Below are positions 12,193 to 24,279 of a stretch of 64,000 nucleotides of DNA, one piece after another. Origin of the DNA: Chlorokybus atmophyticus (lineage: Eukaryota; Plantae; Mesostigma and Chlorokybus algae); NCBI GenBank assembly GCA_009103225.1, contig RHPI01000797.1:185064-249063 (forward strand), given 5' to 3'. Every line of letters starts with the position of its first letter. Position 1 is the first letter of the stretch. The position numbers and the translations under genes were made by a program. Under the pieces are notes generated by a model. The model ran no database searches. It was not told the origin of the DNA and worked only from the letters and a program-made list of their open reading frames with translations.

Positions 12193-13034
12193 GGCCGTGC
12201 AGTGTGGCGGGGGGCACTTACGCCAAGAAGTAGATGCGGTGGAGTAACTCCACGTCTTCACGTCACCAACTTGGGAGTTGCACTCGCATTCCCACAGCAT
12301 ATGCGTTGTCAGGGGATGGCCTGTATTGTGTGTTCATGTGAGTACGCACCCGGGCAGCCTGCACGCACACGCACATTCGCATGCGTAAATGCACATCCGC
12401 GCAGGCATGCATGACTGTCATAGCGCACCACAAAGTGACAAAACACCCGCATACACTCGTGCATGCACGCACGCGCACGCACAGGCATTGCCTTGCAGTC
12501 AGATGTCAGTCCACACATCGGCATAAAATGAAATGCGTGCGCAAACAGGTGCACTAATGCAGGCTCCACCAGACACGGTTATGCATACACAGAGCCACAC
12601 GGAAGCGACCACATGACCAGCACACTAACTGCATGCTGAGCCACTTACTGCCTTCTATGTTTCCAGGAATAGCAGGCAGTAAGCCGCCCAGCATGCAGTG
12701 GGTGTGCTTGCCAGTCGAATGCATATCAGCATTGTGGACACAGGCAAAGTAGCACAGCAAGGCACTACAGTCGCTTACCGACTTGCACGACGGCAGAAGA
12801 CCGCCTCCAGCCGCTCAATCAAACACTACAGTGCCGCCAATAAACGCCAGCCAGTGCGTGCTAGGGTTGACAACGTACACAGAAACTTGTGTAGAATTCC
12901 TGTACAATTTGCAACTGCATTTTTAGGCAGCCGGCGGCGGTGGGGGCGGCGGCGGCGCTGGAGGAGGAGGTGGGCGTGTTGGGGGTTGTAGATTCAGGCA
13001 GTCATAGTAGAGGGAGAGCTTCTGGTCATTCGAC

Positions 13035-15160
13035 ATGGGCAAGCAGGAATTTCGCCAACCACTGCAAGTGTTGCCCAACATTGTGGCAGGCAAGCGAAAG
13101 ACCCGTCAGACTGCGCCGGGCTTGAAGCCACCAACCGATTCCAACAAGAACGATGAGTCGGCGCGGCAAGGGCGCAACAAGAAGCAACACATTGAGCTGG
13201 TGGCATGTGATGACGACAGCAGTGAAGCCAGCGACAGCGATCACAGTGACGAAGAAGAAGAAGAGGAAGACCACAACAACGCAGCTGGTAAACTTTCAGC
13301 TCTCTGTGTGTGTGTGTGTGTGTGTGCGCGTGCGCGCGCACGTGTCTGCAACTTCAGAAGCACACACACGCGCGCGTATGCGCGTGCACGCGCATACGCG
13401 CGTGTGTGTGCTTCACAAGTTGTGGCATAGTGTGCATTGCGCTGTCAATTATCACACGGTGTGTTTGTATGCTATATCTGCATGCGTGCTGCCTGCCTGT
13501 GCATGCGCACTCGTATGCGCTTCAACAAGTTGTTGCACTGTCACCTGTGCACTTGTGCTCTCTATTGGTATGTGTCTGCGCGTGCTGCGCCGGGGAGTAG
13601 GTGTGCATTGCAACCAGCTTGTGATTTCGTGGTTGTAATAGTGTGCAAAGCTCACCAACTCATTGCCTTCATCAACTGATGCAGATGTGATGCCCGTTGC
13701 CAAACACAAGCGGCAACACACAGAGCCAGTCCTAATGGTGCCCAAGCCAACCGCTATGGATATCATCAACGCGCGCAGGTCTAGTGCATCAATCGGCACG
13801 CGTCATTCTAATCAAGATACCCTGCCAGGAGAACGCTACAAATGTGCAGTTAATGACCTACCTCAAAAACGGTGGTAGCGACTCAAACATCATCAACGCC
13901 TTGCTTGGCATGCACACAGTAAGTGTACGTTTGCATTGTTGCTATGCATGCTGCAATCACGTGTTGCAGAAGTGTATGCAGAGCTGCTGTGCGTGCGCGT
14001 GCACGCATGGGCATGCGCACGCATGCGCACGCGAGCGCATGCAGGTGCATGCGCATGCACAGGCAGGCAGCGCGCATTCACACATACACACACGTGCGTG
14101 TCGACTGATCCAATGCTGCTGTTGTGCAGGAGAAAAAGTCAGCTGCTTCCGGAGGGTCCAGCTCTTTTCGTCAACACAGTGCCGCGAAGAAGGCAGGCCG
14201 CGGGCGAGGTAGCCCTGCAGGACGTGCTGCTACCCTTCTATGCCAACACGGCATGTTTTGTCCGAAGGACGACGAGTGGGTGCAAGCTTTGGCTGGCTGC
14301 ATCGCACAACGCGATGCCGACATCCCTCTCGATGCAGCTGTCAAGGCGGCAAAAGAACAAAGCATGGCAATGGTGAGTTCACATGTGCATGACACCTTGC
14401 CATGCGTGTGACACCGCTCATAGTGTGCTCAGCTGCCGCTGATACGGTAACTTGCTGCACGCATGCAGGACTTCATGAAGAAGATGCGCGAAAGACGTGG
14501 CGTGCGAAGCAAAGATGTTCGAAAGCACTTTGATAGTATCTATCAAGTGCCATCTCCCAAGCAGCCAGACTTACGCACCCAAAAGCTGGCTGACCTAAAG
14601 CAAGGTACCTTTGCATTGGTACTTTCCTATGTAGCTACCATAGATGATCACACCGCAGTGGCGCTCACTTGTGAAACATGTGTGCAGATGGTAGGTACCG
14701 TAAGGGGGAGGATGGTGCTGACTGCAGTAGCCCTTTGTTTGTGGCGTTGCTGGAGGCGATTTGGTCTACCTCTGCCACCAACAAAATCATGGCGCAGCGT
14801 AGAGACTTCACCATCACTAAGGAGAAGCTGACCTTCACCATTGCCGTGGTATGTGCTTTGCAAACGCATTGAATGCCAAGCATAGGTGTCCAGTTGCATT
14901 GTTATCTTGTAGAGCAAGCACGGCTTACTCGTGTTGTGTGCTTTGTGCAGATCATGCTGCACATGGAGGGCCGCAACCTTCAAAGTGTACCGAATCCGGA
15001 GATGTACTACAGCAAGATTCATGATCAAGTGAAGAAGTTGAGTGTTGAGCCATTGCGCGTGGTTGAAGAGCCCGCGTTGCCCGAAGTTGGTGAGGAGCTT
15101 GATGATACCTGTGAGGAGGGCGAAGCACCGTGCGAAACCGAGTTTGATTTGACTATCTAG
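13035..15160 (+). CDS. Multi-exon accessory gene of the Plavaka element, unknown function
   Basis: Spliced GT-AG exons: MGKQEFRQPLQVLPNIVAGKRK...acidic patch; LLCQHGMFCPKDDEWVQALAGC; DFMKKMRERR...; LFVALLEAIW...LTFTIAV; IMLHMEG...FDLTI*. Divergent from the transposase and inside the TIRs. Confidence 0.6.
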
Positions 15161-16661
15161 TCGAGTAGTACATATGATAGCTTTGATTGTGAGCGTTGGT
15201 GCCTTGACATTCAATACAGAATTGATGTGGTTCAACATGGCAATCGTAACATGTGTAGGGATTTAACATTGCTGATATCGACATGTGCTTGTTGTGTGAA
15301 GGCATTGACTTCATGCATTCAATGTCAATACTGTATAAACTTCATATGCGTCAACTTGTGTTGAATTTGCAATTGCATACAAATTCACTGCCCATGGATG
15401 TCCCATTGATCACTGTGGATGCATCCATGCAATGACAATTGATCTAGCATTGATCTATACAATGACGACATGGATTTTATATTAATGTGTTGTTGTCATA
15501 CAAATGTGTTGTGCTATTGATATGAAGTTGATAATCACAGTTGATTTGATATTGATTGGGTATGGAAAGGTACAGCAACCGTATTGATTTAACGGTCAGT
15601 CAAATTGGTGACGCGGTTGCCGGGGCCAGTACGAGGGCGTGCCAGTACGAGGGCGGCATGTCAACAGCAGCAAGAGGTGTTCTCTCGGGTGGGTGGGGGG
15701 AGAAGGACTGCCAGCCTGAGTTGCCATATCACAAACAGCAACCCAACCCCAGCGGCAGGTACAACCGCCGTCCATCCAAAAGCCCTGGAGCAGATCGCGA
15801 CCAACAAGTTCCATGCAGAGGCTGAAGGTGGTTGAGAAGGTGAAATGCAATCACATTTAGTATATGCACGAGAGCGATGCATACCTCATGACTTACTGCG
15901 GACTTCTGTTACCACCTCCACTCTACAAGTGCTGTCACACTTACCTGTGCGCCGTGACTGCATACAAACAGCAGCCAGCAAGGCTCCCAAGGCGGTGCGT
16001 TCGCAGTGAACCCGCGTGCAGTCGGGATGATCCTAAGCATACAAGGACAGGCAGATGTGGGTGATTGCATTTTGCTGCAATCCTTCAACACACACAGACA
16101 GGCAGCTAAAGCTAACACACTCTATCCTGTACAAAGACCACGAGATTGTCTTTCCTCTATCCTGTCATGTCAAGCTCCTGTCATGTCACCTGGAAGAACA
16201 CCTCCACTTCCTGCTGGTTAGCAGCGAAAGCAGGTGGCACAGGCAAGAAGGGGGCAAGAAAGTGAGCAAGAAGGGGGCTTAATCACAGGGTGATGCCCCT
16301 ACGCTCTGCATACAAAGACAGAATGAGCAAGCAGAGGGCTTATTCACGAGGATGCCTCTGCATTCAGCATGAGCTTAGACCCGAATCGGGAATGAGAAAA
16401 CAGAGGGCTAAATCTAGAAGATGCCTCTGTGTTCAGCTTGAATTAATATACACTTACACATGAGGTTGGCCCTACGCTGCGAGAACGATAGATTCTGCAC
16501 AGGCATGGTGAGGTAGCAGAGGCTCCTGCAAACACAACAGCAGCAGATGTTAACGAGAGCAATACTTGCAACTTTTGCTATTGTACAAGCAGTGTCCATG
16601 CGTGTTCCAACCTGCAAAGCTGGTAGTCGTGAAGTGAACAACCTCGAGGTTGCTGTTACAG

Positions 16662-19451
16662 CTACCTCTGCTGCTGCTGCTGCTGCTGCTGCTGTGTTTC
16701 CTTCTGCTCCCGCTGCTCCTTTCCCTGCTGAGCCATTCGCTTAATCTGTTGGCGCTCCTCCTCCTTCTGCCGCTTCAGCTGCTTACGCAGCTGCTCCTGC
16801 TGCTCAAGGGTCTCCTGTGCAGCTATCATCTCCTGCTCACGCTGATATGCAGCTTGATGTGCCAGCTTCTTGCCCTCCCGACGACTGCTGATTTGTTCCA
16901 GTCGTTCCAATTTCTGCAACCTGCTTGGCCTTGCTTTGCCTAACTCAAACTTTGAACGATCTAGGAGGTGTGCTTGCTGTTTAACAAGCAAGGTCCGTTC
17001 ATAAGTCTTGGCAGCCGACACAAGCAAATCGAACTGATCAGCATTCCAATCTTGGTTGCAAGGACCCTTGGGCACGCCAATGCGCACTACTTTCCTGAGT
17101 CCCTGGAGAAACAGTTGTAGTTTAAGGGCCTTAGGCACCAGCTCAACGCTTGTGTTTGCCACCCCGCACAACTGTGCAAACTGCGCGTGATATTCGTCCA
17201 CGGTGCGCTCCCCCTGTTGCACACGATGCAGCTTCTGGAAAGCACCGGAAGGCGTGTTGTCCCTTTGCAAAGCAGCTCGCTGTTGGCGGCATGACGGGCG
17301 GCGTCTGCGTTTTTTAGTGTCACTGGTGTTACTGGTTGCTGCGGTGCTGATGTCAATTGACATATCACTGATAGCATTAGCCTCCTCCTCAACAGCGGCA
17401 TCAACCTGCATAGCGCCAGCCTCCTGCAGGAGCTCCTGCCTTTGCTGGTCTTTAGCCTCATTGGCCTTAGCCTCCGCCTCCTGCCTCTGCTTGGCCTCGG
17501 CCTCCTCCTGCTTGGCCTTGGCATTGGCCTCATCCTGCTTGGCCTTGGCCTCCGCCTCCTGCCTCTGCTTGGCCTCGGCCTCCTCCTGCCGCTGCTTGGC
17601 ATTGTCCTCGTCCGGCTTGGCCTTGGCCTCCGCCTCCTGCCGCTGCTTGGCCTGCTGCTTGGCCTCCTGCTTGGCCTGCTTGGCCTCGGCATCAGCTTGC
17701 TGCTTGGGCTGGGGCTCGGCTTGCTGCTTGGGCTGGGGCTGGGGCTGCGGCTCGGGCTGGGGCTGGGCTTGCTGCTGGGGCTGGGGCTAGGGCTCGGCAT
17801 CTGCAGGGTACATGCCACGCAGGACTTCTTGTGGCATGTCGCTGCGCTGCCAAGAGAGTATACCATTTGCATCACCAACAGACATGTAATGCGCGCTGGG
17901 CTTGCTTGGATCCGTGTTGCCAATGATTATATGGCCAGCCACATCGATAACATCCTCGCCAACCACCACTACAGGTTTGACGGAATGCTTCTCTCCCTTG
18001 GCATCCACTGTGTAGTACCTCCCGTCATCGCCTTCGATGAGGCCGCCCTTGTGCTCTGCTTCCCAGCAGTACTGCTTCTCGTCGGCGACCTCAGTGAGCT
18101 GCACAGTACCGATGTGAATGCCAAGAGCGTGCGCCATGATCGCCACTTGCAGTTGATCGGCATAAACGCTCTCTTCAGCGATCACTTTCTGCAGAGCCTC
18201 TACATCGTTGTCTTCATCTTGCTTAGTCTTGAGTTGCTTTTTGTTAAGTGCCCTGGTTACGCCATATTTCCTGGCCATCTTTTTGTAATCCTGGCCCATG
18301 TCACCACAGGCCCCGTAGTTGCGATACTCCAGCAACCAATAAAGGTTGACCTGCTCAGCACAGATCTTCCGAAGCTTTTGCGCTTGCTCTCTTGTTGGCA
18401 GCTGTTTGCCATTGTCCAGCACAATGCTTCGCCAGAAAGACCCGTTGTCCGCTGCGTTCGCGCGTGTCAAGCACGCAGCGTTCACGCGAGGGCGCGACTG
18501 GGCAAGGCAGGCATAGAAGCAATTCCCATCTGCATAGGCATCGAAAAGCCGAAGCCGGTGTTTATCATGCAACAACCCAACCAGCTCTAACTCGCCCTCC
18601 GTTTCTGCTGGAGGTAGACCGTCCTCTGGTTCAACAGCAGAAGCAGAGGTACCGGCTTCAGGTCGAGGCCCTTTCTGCATTTGTGCAGTCTGGGACTTGG
18701 GTGGGGCCTCAGCTTTCTGCTGGGCCTCCGCGTCGGCTTGCTGCTTGGCCTCAGCATCCGCTTGCTGCTTGGACTCAGCATCCGCTTGCTGCTTGGCTTG
18801 GGCCTCCGCTTGCTGCTTGGCCTCCGCGTCGGCTTGCTGCTTGGGCGCCTCTGTTTCGTAGTCAAGACCGTATTCCCCGATGTCGATGCCCATAGCAGCT
18901 GCCTCTGGATCACATAGCCTTAGCTCTTCCTCCACATACTGCCGTAGCTTGAGCCTCCATTCTCGATTGAGGGAAGCCAAGACTGGTTTGCACATCGCTT
19001 TCTTGATAAAGACCACCAGCTCACCCCATGACATGAGGTTCTTGCTCTTCGCCTTCACTTTCCTCCAGTCAGAGAAATTCTTTCCCCACTTTGTCTTCGT
19101 TTCTTCATGGATGTCATTATCGGTAACAACATCTTCAAGGCCAAAATGCCCGAGGTCCATACCCCTAGCAGCTGCCTCCGGATCACAAAGCCTGAGCTAG
19201 TCCTCCACGAACTTCCGTAGGCAGATCTGCAAGTTCTTGTCGAGCTCAAGCAAGCGAGGATCTTCATTCAGATTCTTCTGCATTACTTCAACCACGACAT
19301 CCCAACTGTATTCTGTGGACATCTTCGCCTTCCCAGCCTTCTCCTCCTCCCTTAGTATCCGCCAATTATTGAACCCCTCCAGCAACTGAGCCTTTGTGGT
19401 GTCAAAAAGGTTTGCAATAGACAGTGTTATTGCAACAATGGTGGCAAACAA
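16662..19451 (-). pseudogene. OTU-like cysteine protease fused to an Ala/Gln/Glu/Lys-rich linker and a retrotransposon Gag capsid-like domain; two in-frame TAG stops
   Basis: ORFs 19197-19451, 17787-19160 and 16662-17411 are in one frame, separated only by TAGs at 19197 and 17787. OTU motifs DGNCFYACL and AHYMSV; Gag-like LHRVQQGERTVDEYHAQFAQL...LFLQGLR. Further upstream exons probable to ~20300. Confidence 0.75.
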
Positions 19452-19844
19452 CCGCAGTGAGCATGTGTTGGTATGGTCAGCTGGAACAGCGCTACATTAC
19501 TTGATTTCTTGCAGGGTTTCTGCAGGACAGCTTCCTTCTTAGCAGGTTCCTTCTTGTGCGCTGGACCCTTGTGCTTCTTGTATGTGTGCATGACCAGTGT
19601 TACCACATGTTAACGATAATCATGCTGAACAAGCATACATTACTTATTACCTGCAGACTTAAACTGGCCAAGGGGAACGAGCTTTCGCTTGGACATGATG
19701 AACGACCTGAGGAAAGCCTCACAGCCAAAAACAAGCACACATAGTTGAGCAACATGAGCATGCACACACACACACGGCTGCCTATTTGAGCATGCAGACA
19801 AGCCTGAGCATGCACACTTTAGCCTCAGCCACAATGAAAACTAT

Positions 19845-20020
19845 AAAACAGCTTGAAAACTGAGCAAGAGGTGGTCTTACGCACGAGGCCGCCCCTCTGG
19901 TTAGCATCAAGTGGTGGCTAACAAGAGTGCATGCTCAGATAAAACAGCTTAAAAACTGAGCAAGAGGTGGTCTTACGCACGAGGCCGCCCCTCTGGTTAG
20001 CATCAAGTGGTGGCTAACAA
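19845..20020. repeat. ~96-bp tandem duplication
   Basis: aaaacagctt(g/a)aaaactgagcaagaggtggtcttacgcacgaggccgcccctctggttagcatcaagtggtggctaacaa occurs at 19845 and 19941. Confidence 0.9.
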
Positions 20021-20384
20021 CATAGACAACATGCACCTTTGATAGTTAGCGAAATGATCAAACGGGCATGCATGCAAACAAAGACAAGCACGGCATGTGC
20101 TGCACCTTGTTGGAAGCAGCCAAAACCCTCCAGCAAGCCCACCCGAAGCTGCAAGAAACCACCTCGCCAGGGCTCTCGGACCCAATGAAGTGACTACAAC
20201 AACCAAGCGAAAACACAACACTTGCACTTCAGCAATGAAGCCAACGCCGCCGCCGACCTCGCCAACAACGCCGCCCAGCCTTGCCAGTTGCAAGTTGTCT
20301 GCTCGATCGCTACACCAAAACCCTAAGCAAATCAGTGATGGTCCATCAGTGATGGGCTATCACCTTTGACGCCATAGCCGGCAT

Positions 20385-21184
20385 CCCTAACCCTAACCCT
20401 AATGTTTTTGTAAGTTGTTGTAGTTTGCAAGGTTGGTGGCGGGGAGGTTGTTGTGGTCGGCGGCGAGGTTGTCTTGGTCGGCCGCGGCAGCGACTTTAGT
20501 TATAAAGGTTGTGGGCGGCGTGGTCGGCGGCGAGGTGCTTGAGGTTGGCGGCGACGGCGGCAGCCATCCTTGGTTGATGCAGAGCTACTTAGGCAGATAC
20601 GTGCAAGCCTGCCTGCCTGCATGTTTTGTTTGTGCGCGTGCGTGTGTGTATGTGTGCTGGTCATTCACTGGGGCGGCATGTAAGCCCTCAGTGTCCTGCC
20701 TTGTGGTTTCCGTTATTTGCATGTGTTGGTGAGTCGCTGGGGCGGTCTGTAAGACCTCCGTGTCCTGCCTTGTGGTTTTGTTTTTCTGTGAATGTGTTGG
20801 TGAGGAGCTGGGGCGGTCTGTAAGACCTCAGACCGGCCCTGTGGTGTGGACTGGGTGAATGTTTTTGTGACTCTGTTTCGCCATATGTCATAACCCTAAC
20901 CCTAACCGCCCGGACATGTTGTTGTAGGTTGTGGCCGGGAGGCGGCGAGGTTGCCGTGGTTGGCGGCGAAGTCTTTGAGGTCGGTGGCGACGGCGCCAGC
21001 GATCTTGAGTTCCTCGCAAGAAACTCAGGCAGATACGTCGCATGCAGATTTTAGTCAAGGTCGGCGGCGGCGGCGCCGGCGCAGGCAAGGTCATCGTCGT
21101 CGTCGTCGGCGGCGGCGGCGATGCTGGAGCGCTAGCGGCTACACAGCAGATACGTGCATGCCGTGCTTCCTTGCGCATTCCATG

Positions 21185-21220
<36 letters not shown>

Positions 21221-21830
21221 CTGTGCGTGCTGTGTTTGCTGCAAGCCGCTGGGGCAGCCTTGTGCATAACCCCTCAGTGGCCTTACCTGTGCTGCGGCAC
21301 AAAAGGTGTTTGCTGCAAGCCGCTGGGGCAGCCTTGGGCATAACCCCTCAGTGGCCTTGCGGCAAAAGGGTGTTCTTTCTGTGTGTGCTTGCGCTAGCAT
21401 TGTGTCTTTCAAAAGTTATTTCCCTGCTCTATTTCTGACTCTACTGTTGGTTAACTACGGTGTGTGATCCACAGGTAAACAGCTACCATTCAGCGATGGC
21501 CGGTCGCTTTAGGTCCAGTGTAGTTGATCTCGTCGAACATGAGGTAGGTATTTGGTCTTGACTCAGATGCTTGCATGCATTCAACAGAGGGTATGATGAT
21601 TCAGCCGGCTGCTTCCAAGACAGCAGGTAAACCAGAGCTCGCATGCCAGGCATGGTGTGTTTGTGGATGAGACTCAGGTCAGAGTATTTGGCTCTGTGTT
21701 TTGGGTGTCTTGGCATTCTTACAGCTGCTATCAACAGGTTGAGCATTGCCTGCAGCATGTTTGCAGGACACCGCCAGTCACGGTGCCCAAGAAGTTGGCA
21801 AGAGCTCCAGCGACGACAGGGACAGATAAA
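20385..21830 (+). other. Putative small-exon gene with duplicated 5' modules and (CCCTAA)n tracts; product unknown
   Basis: ccctaaccctaaccctaa at ~20387 and taaccctaaccctaacc at ~20891 are each followed by a similar GGC-rich segment. A series of short AG...GT bounded segments lies at 21475-21830. Confidence 0.35.
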
Positions 21831-22506
21831 TGCATCCTTGCATGCGTATCACATGAATGTGCATGTGTGTGTATGGTGTCCAGTCAGCTGGGGCTGTTGA
21901 TTGTAAGCCCTCATGTGTGTGTATGCGCGCGTGTGTCGCAAAAGTCCGTGTTCACTTCTTCTGATGCGCAAACATACCTTGTATTTGTGCATATGTGAGT
22001 GCAGTTGTGAGGGGGTTTTCCAACAGCATGTTTGGGCAATTCTACTGCCAGTGTTAGGCGCTTGCATGCCTGATTTGTGTCCAACAGTTTTGAGCGCAAC
22101 CCGCTTTGCCTTGCAGGCTGTGCTACGGCCATGAGGTAATACAAAGTACAAGGTCAGATCTTTGCGTCATCCTTGCACAAGGCCTATAGTTTGGTGGTAG
22201 TTTGGTAGTTGTATAGTTGTTGTGTAGTTGTTGTTGTTGTGTAGTTGTATAGTTTGGTGGTAGTTTGGTAGTTGTTGTGTAGTATAGTTGTAATGTAACT
22301 AATCTGCTAGTCACTATGTTGTTGTGAACACAATTGTGGCGGTTGTGCCTGAGCTGATCTGCTGCTAGATCTCCAAGTTGCACAAAGGCACACACCCCAC
22401 TGTTATCAGTAATTGCACATGCAACAGCCACACTTGGAGAATTACCAGCAGAGCAGCTCAGCGGTAACCAGAGTGAACGGCAAACAAAGTGTGTGTAGAG
22501 CAATGG

Positions 22507-23891
22507 TCATTGCGACGAGTCACTAGAGTCATTAGGTTCACTATGAGGGTCGCGAGTGGGGAAAATTCCATTACAAGTTGGTGTGAGACTGGTACCGGGC
22601 GTTGCACCAGGTGCAGGGACTTCGGAGCCAGTAAACACACTCCAGCGTGCAGCAATATTGTTGTCGCACTCGATCACAACGCGCAGGCCAGCAGCGCCAT
22701 AGGTGCCCGAGTCAATGATAGTGCGAGCAGGAAGAGGCGCATCAGGAGGCGAGGGAGTGTTCTCATGCACGGAGACTGCCACATACACACCGGTTTGTAC
22801 AGTAGCTGCAATCGCAATGGGTGCCTGATGAACAATTCCACGAGTTGAAAGCTCCCAATTGCATAATTGGACCTGACAAACAAGTTTACAGGTTAACTCG
22901 CATGTTGCATCGCATTCATTCATAAACGTGCGCCAGAAGTTGATGCAAATGCATAGGCAGCGCCTCCATTGTTATGGACATGAACTGGACACGCATTCAG
23001 GCAGTAGCATGGCATGACATGCACGGCATGTAACGCAAAAGGGTGTTGCATGGTAGGAATCAGAGCTGTGCATATATATAGGCGTTCCTATCATAGCAGG
23101 ACAAACATATGCACACTACACAGGCAAACTCAACCCAAATCGCACACAAGGCATACGCATGTACAAACAATGCGCAACAGTATGGCACATGCATAGTGGC
23201 ATGCATAGTCAGCAGCATGCAGAGTGACATAGCGCACGCAACTCACACCATGAATAGCGAGAAAGATACCTGATGATAGCGAGCATCGCCAGAGTCCACA
23301 TAGCCGTTCCACGGTTGTGTCAAGACCTGACCTAGTCCCACTAATCGCCGCCCGACTGCGAGGAGCGCCTGCGTTAGAGCCTCATTCATGGTGCGCATGG
23401 GTACAGGGGGGTCCATTGTTGCAGCACACAGCACTTCACATATCCTATACAACTACCAGCATGCATTGGATGTTTGGGTTAGGGTTACTTATAGTTTGGG
23501 GTAAGCCACACAGACACCGTCCTCGGACATGGAAGATTTCATCGGAAATAGAGAATGTAATTTCGCTTGGTTTGTATGGACCAATAAACATAGAGTTCAT
23601 TTTGGCAATCAAAGTTTCGACAAAAGGCAATTTCCACGGCAATTGCTCGTGCGGCCTATTGCGGTCGGAGCAAGCGGAGACGCGACTGGTGTCCGACCAG
23701 CACAATTGCTGATGTGGATTTTCCGAACGATCACTGCATTCCATTGATTGCAGGGATTTCCGCACCGGGAATTGCACTGATTGTCCCACAGCACCGGCGT
23801 ACTTGCTGGTTGTGTTGGCGGCGGCGGCGCTGTGGCGAGGTGAGCGAGCGTTGTCAGCTGTCTTGTCGCACTGCCTTTCTAGTGGTTGCAT
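22507..23891 (-). CDS. Putative multi-exon gene with a TNP1/TnpA-like (Transposase_23-like) segment
   Basis: Protein-like ORFs 23445-23891, 23243-23452 and 22507-22923. The last reads STRGIVHQ...GVYVAVSVHENTPSPPDAPLPARTIIDSGTYGAAG, resembling the DAPLP-containing TNP1 domain. Confidence 0.45.
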
Positions 23892-24279
23892 GCTGGGTCA
23901 CTTCGTTGCAATTAGCAAATACAGCATGGTGTTGTGCCGCTAGCATTCTGGACTGCCATTTGCCTGCTAGCTTGCTGTTAGGCTTACCTTTGTCGTGTTC
24001 AGCTGGCAAGAAGCTGAAGCAGCTTCTACTCTACAAGGTACTGGGTGTTTGGCTTGCAGTGTGCCTGTTTGACAAGTTCACAAGCACGCCTTTGTGCAAG
24101 CAGCTTAGAGACACTTCTTTTGCAAGGTACATGGTTTGCTTGCTGTGACAAGTCAACAAGCAAGTCCACATGGCTTACAACCTGCAGTCACTTGAGTCAA
24201 CCAAGACTTGAGGTTGATTAGGGTTGCGGTTGCAACTGACTTGTAAAGCAAGCTTGATCTATCTACAGGAGGGCATCAT

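Larger units (their letters stand above)
7140..15624. mobile_element. Plavaka-type (CMC superfamily) DNA transposon, 8485 bp, nested in the CACTA element
   Basis: Imperfect TIRs: CCCGGtttcagcaCGTCACCAATTTGA (7140-7166) versus the reverse complement of 15600-15624, CCCGGcaaccgCGTCACCAATTTGA. AT-rich ATTGAT/ATCAAT-rich subterminal zones lie at 7170-7560 and 15160-15600. Two divergent internal genes. Confidence 0.8.

Noticed and set aside
7100-15700. Zinc knuckle (RTGHVSKDC) across the Plavaka insertion site as the end of the Gag fusion
   Set aside because: The upstream CxxC is not in proper spacing or frame. It is used only as weak evidence that the flanks were contiguous.
17442-18917. Long Leu/Gly-rich plus-strand ORFs (382 aa etc.)
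   Set aside because: They are antisense shadows of the repetitive AEAKQQ linker and OTU region.
16662-19451. TAG reassigned to Gln/Glu (as in some ulvophytes) to explain the two in-frame TAGs
   Set aside because: The two TAGs align with different residues (Glu and Gln), host genes need no readthrough and end at standard stops (Cpn60 TAA), and the region is otherwise decayed.
20385-20910. True chromosome end
   Set aside because: Only about three repeat units, embedded internally with sequence on both sides.
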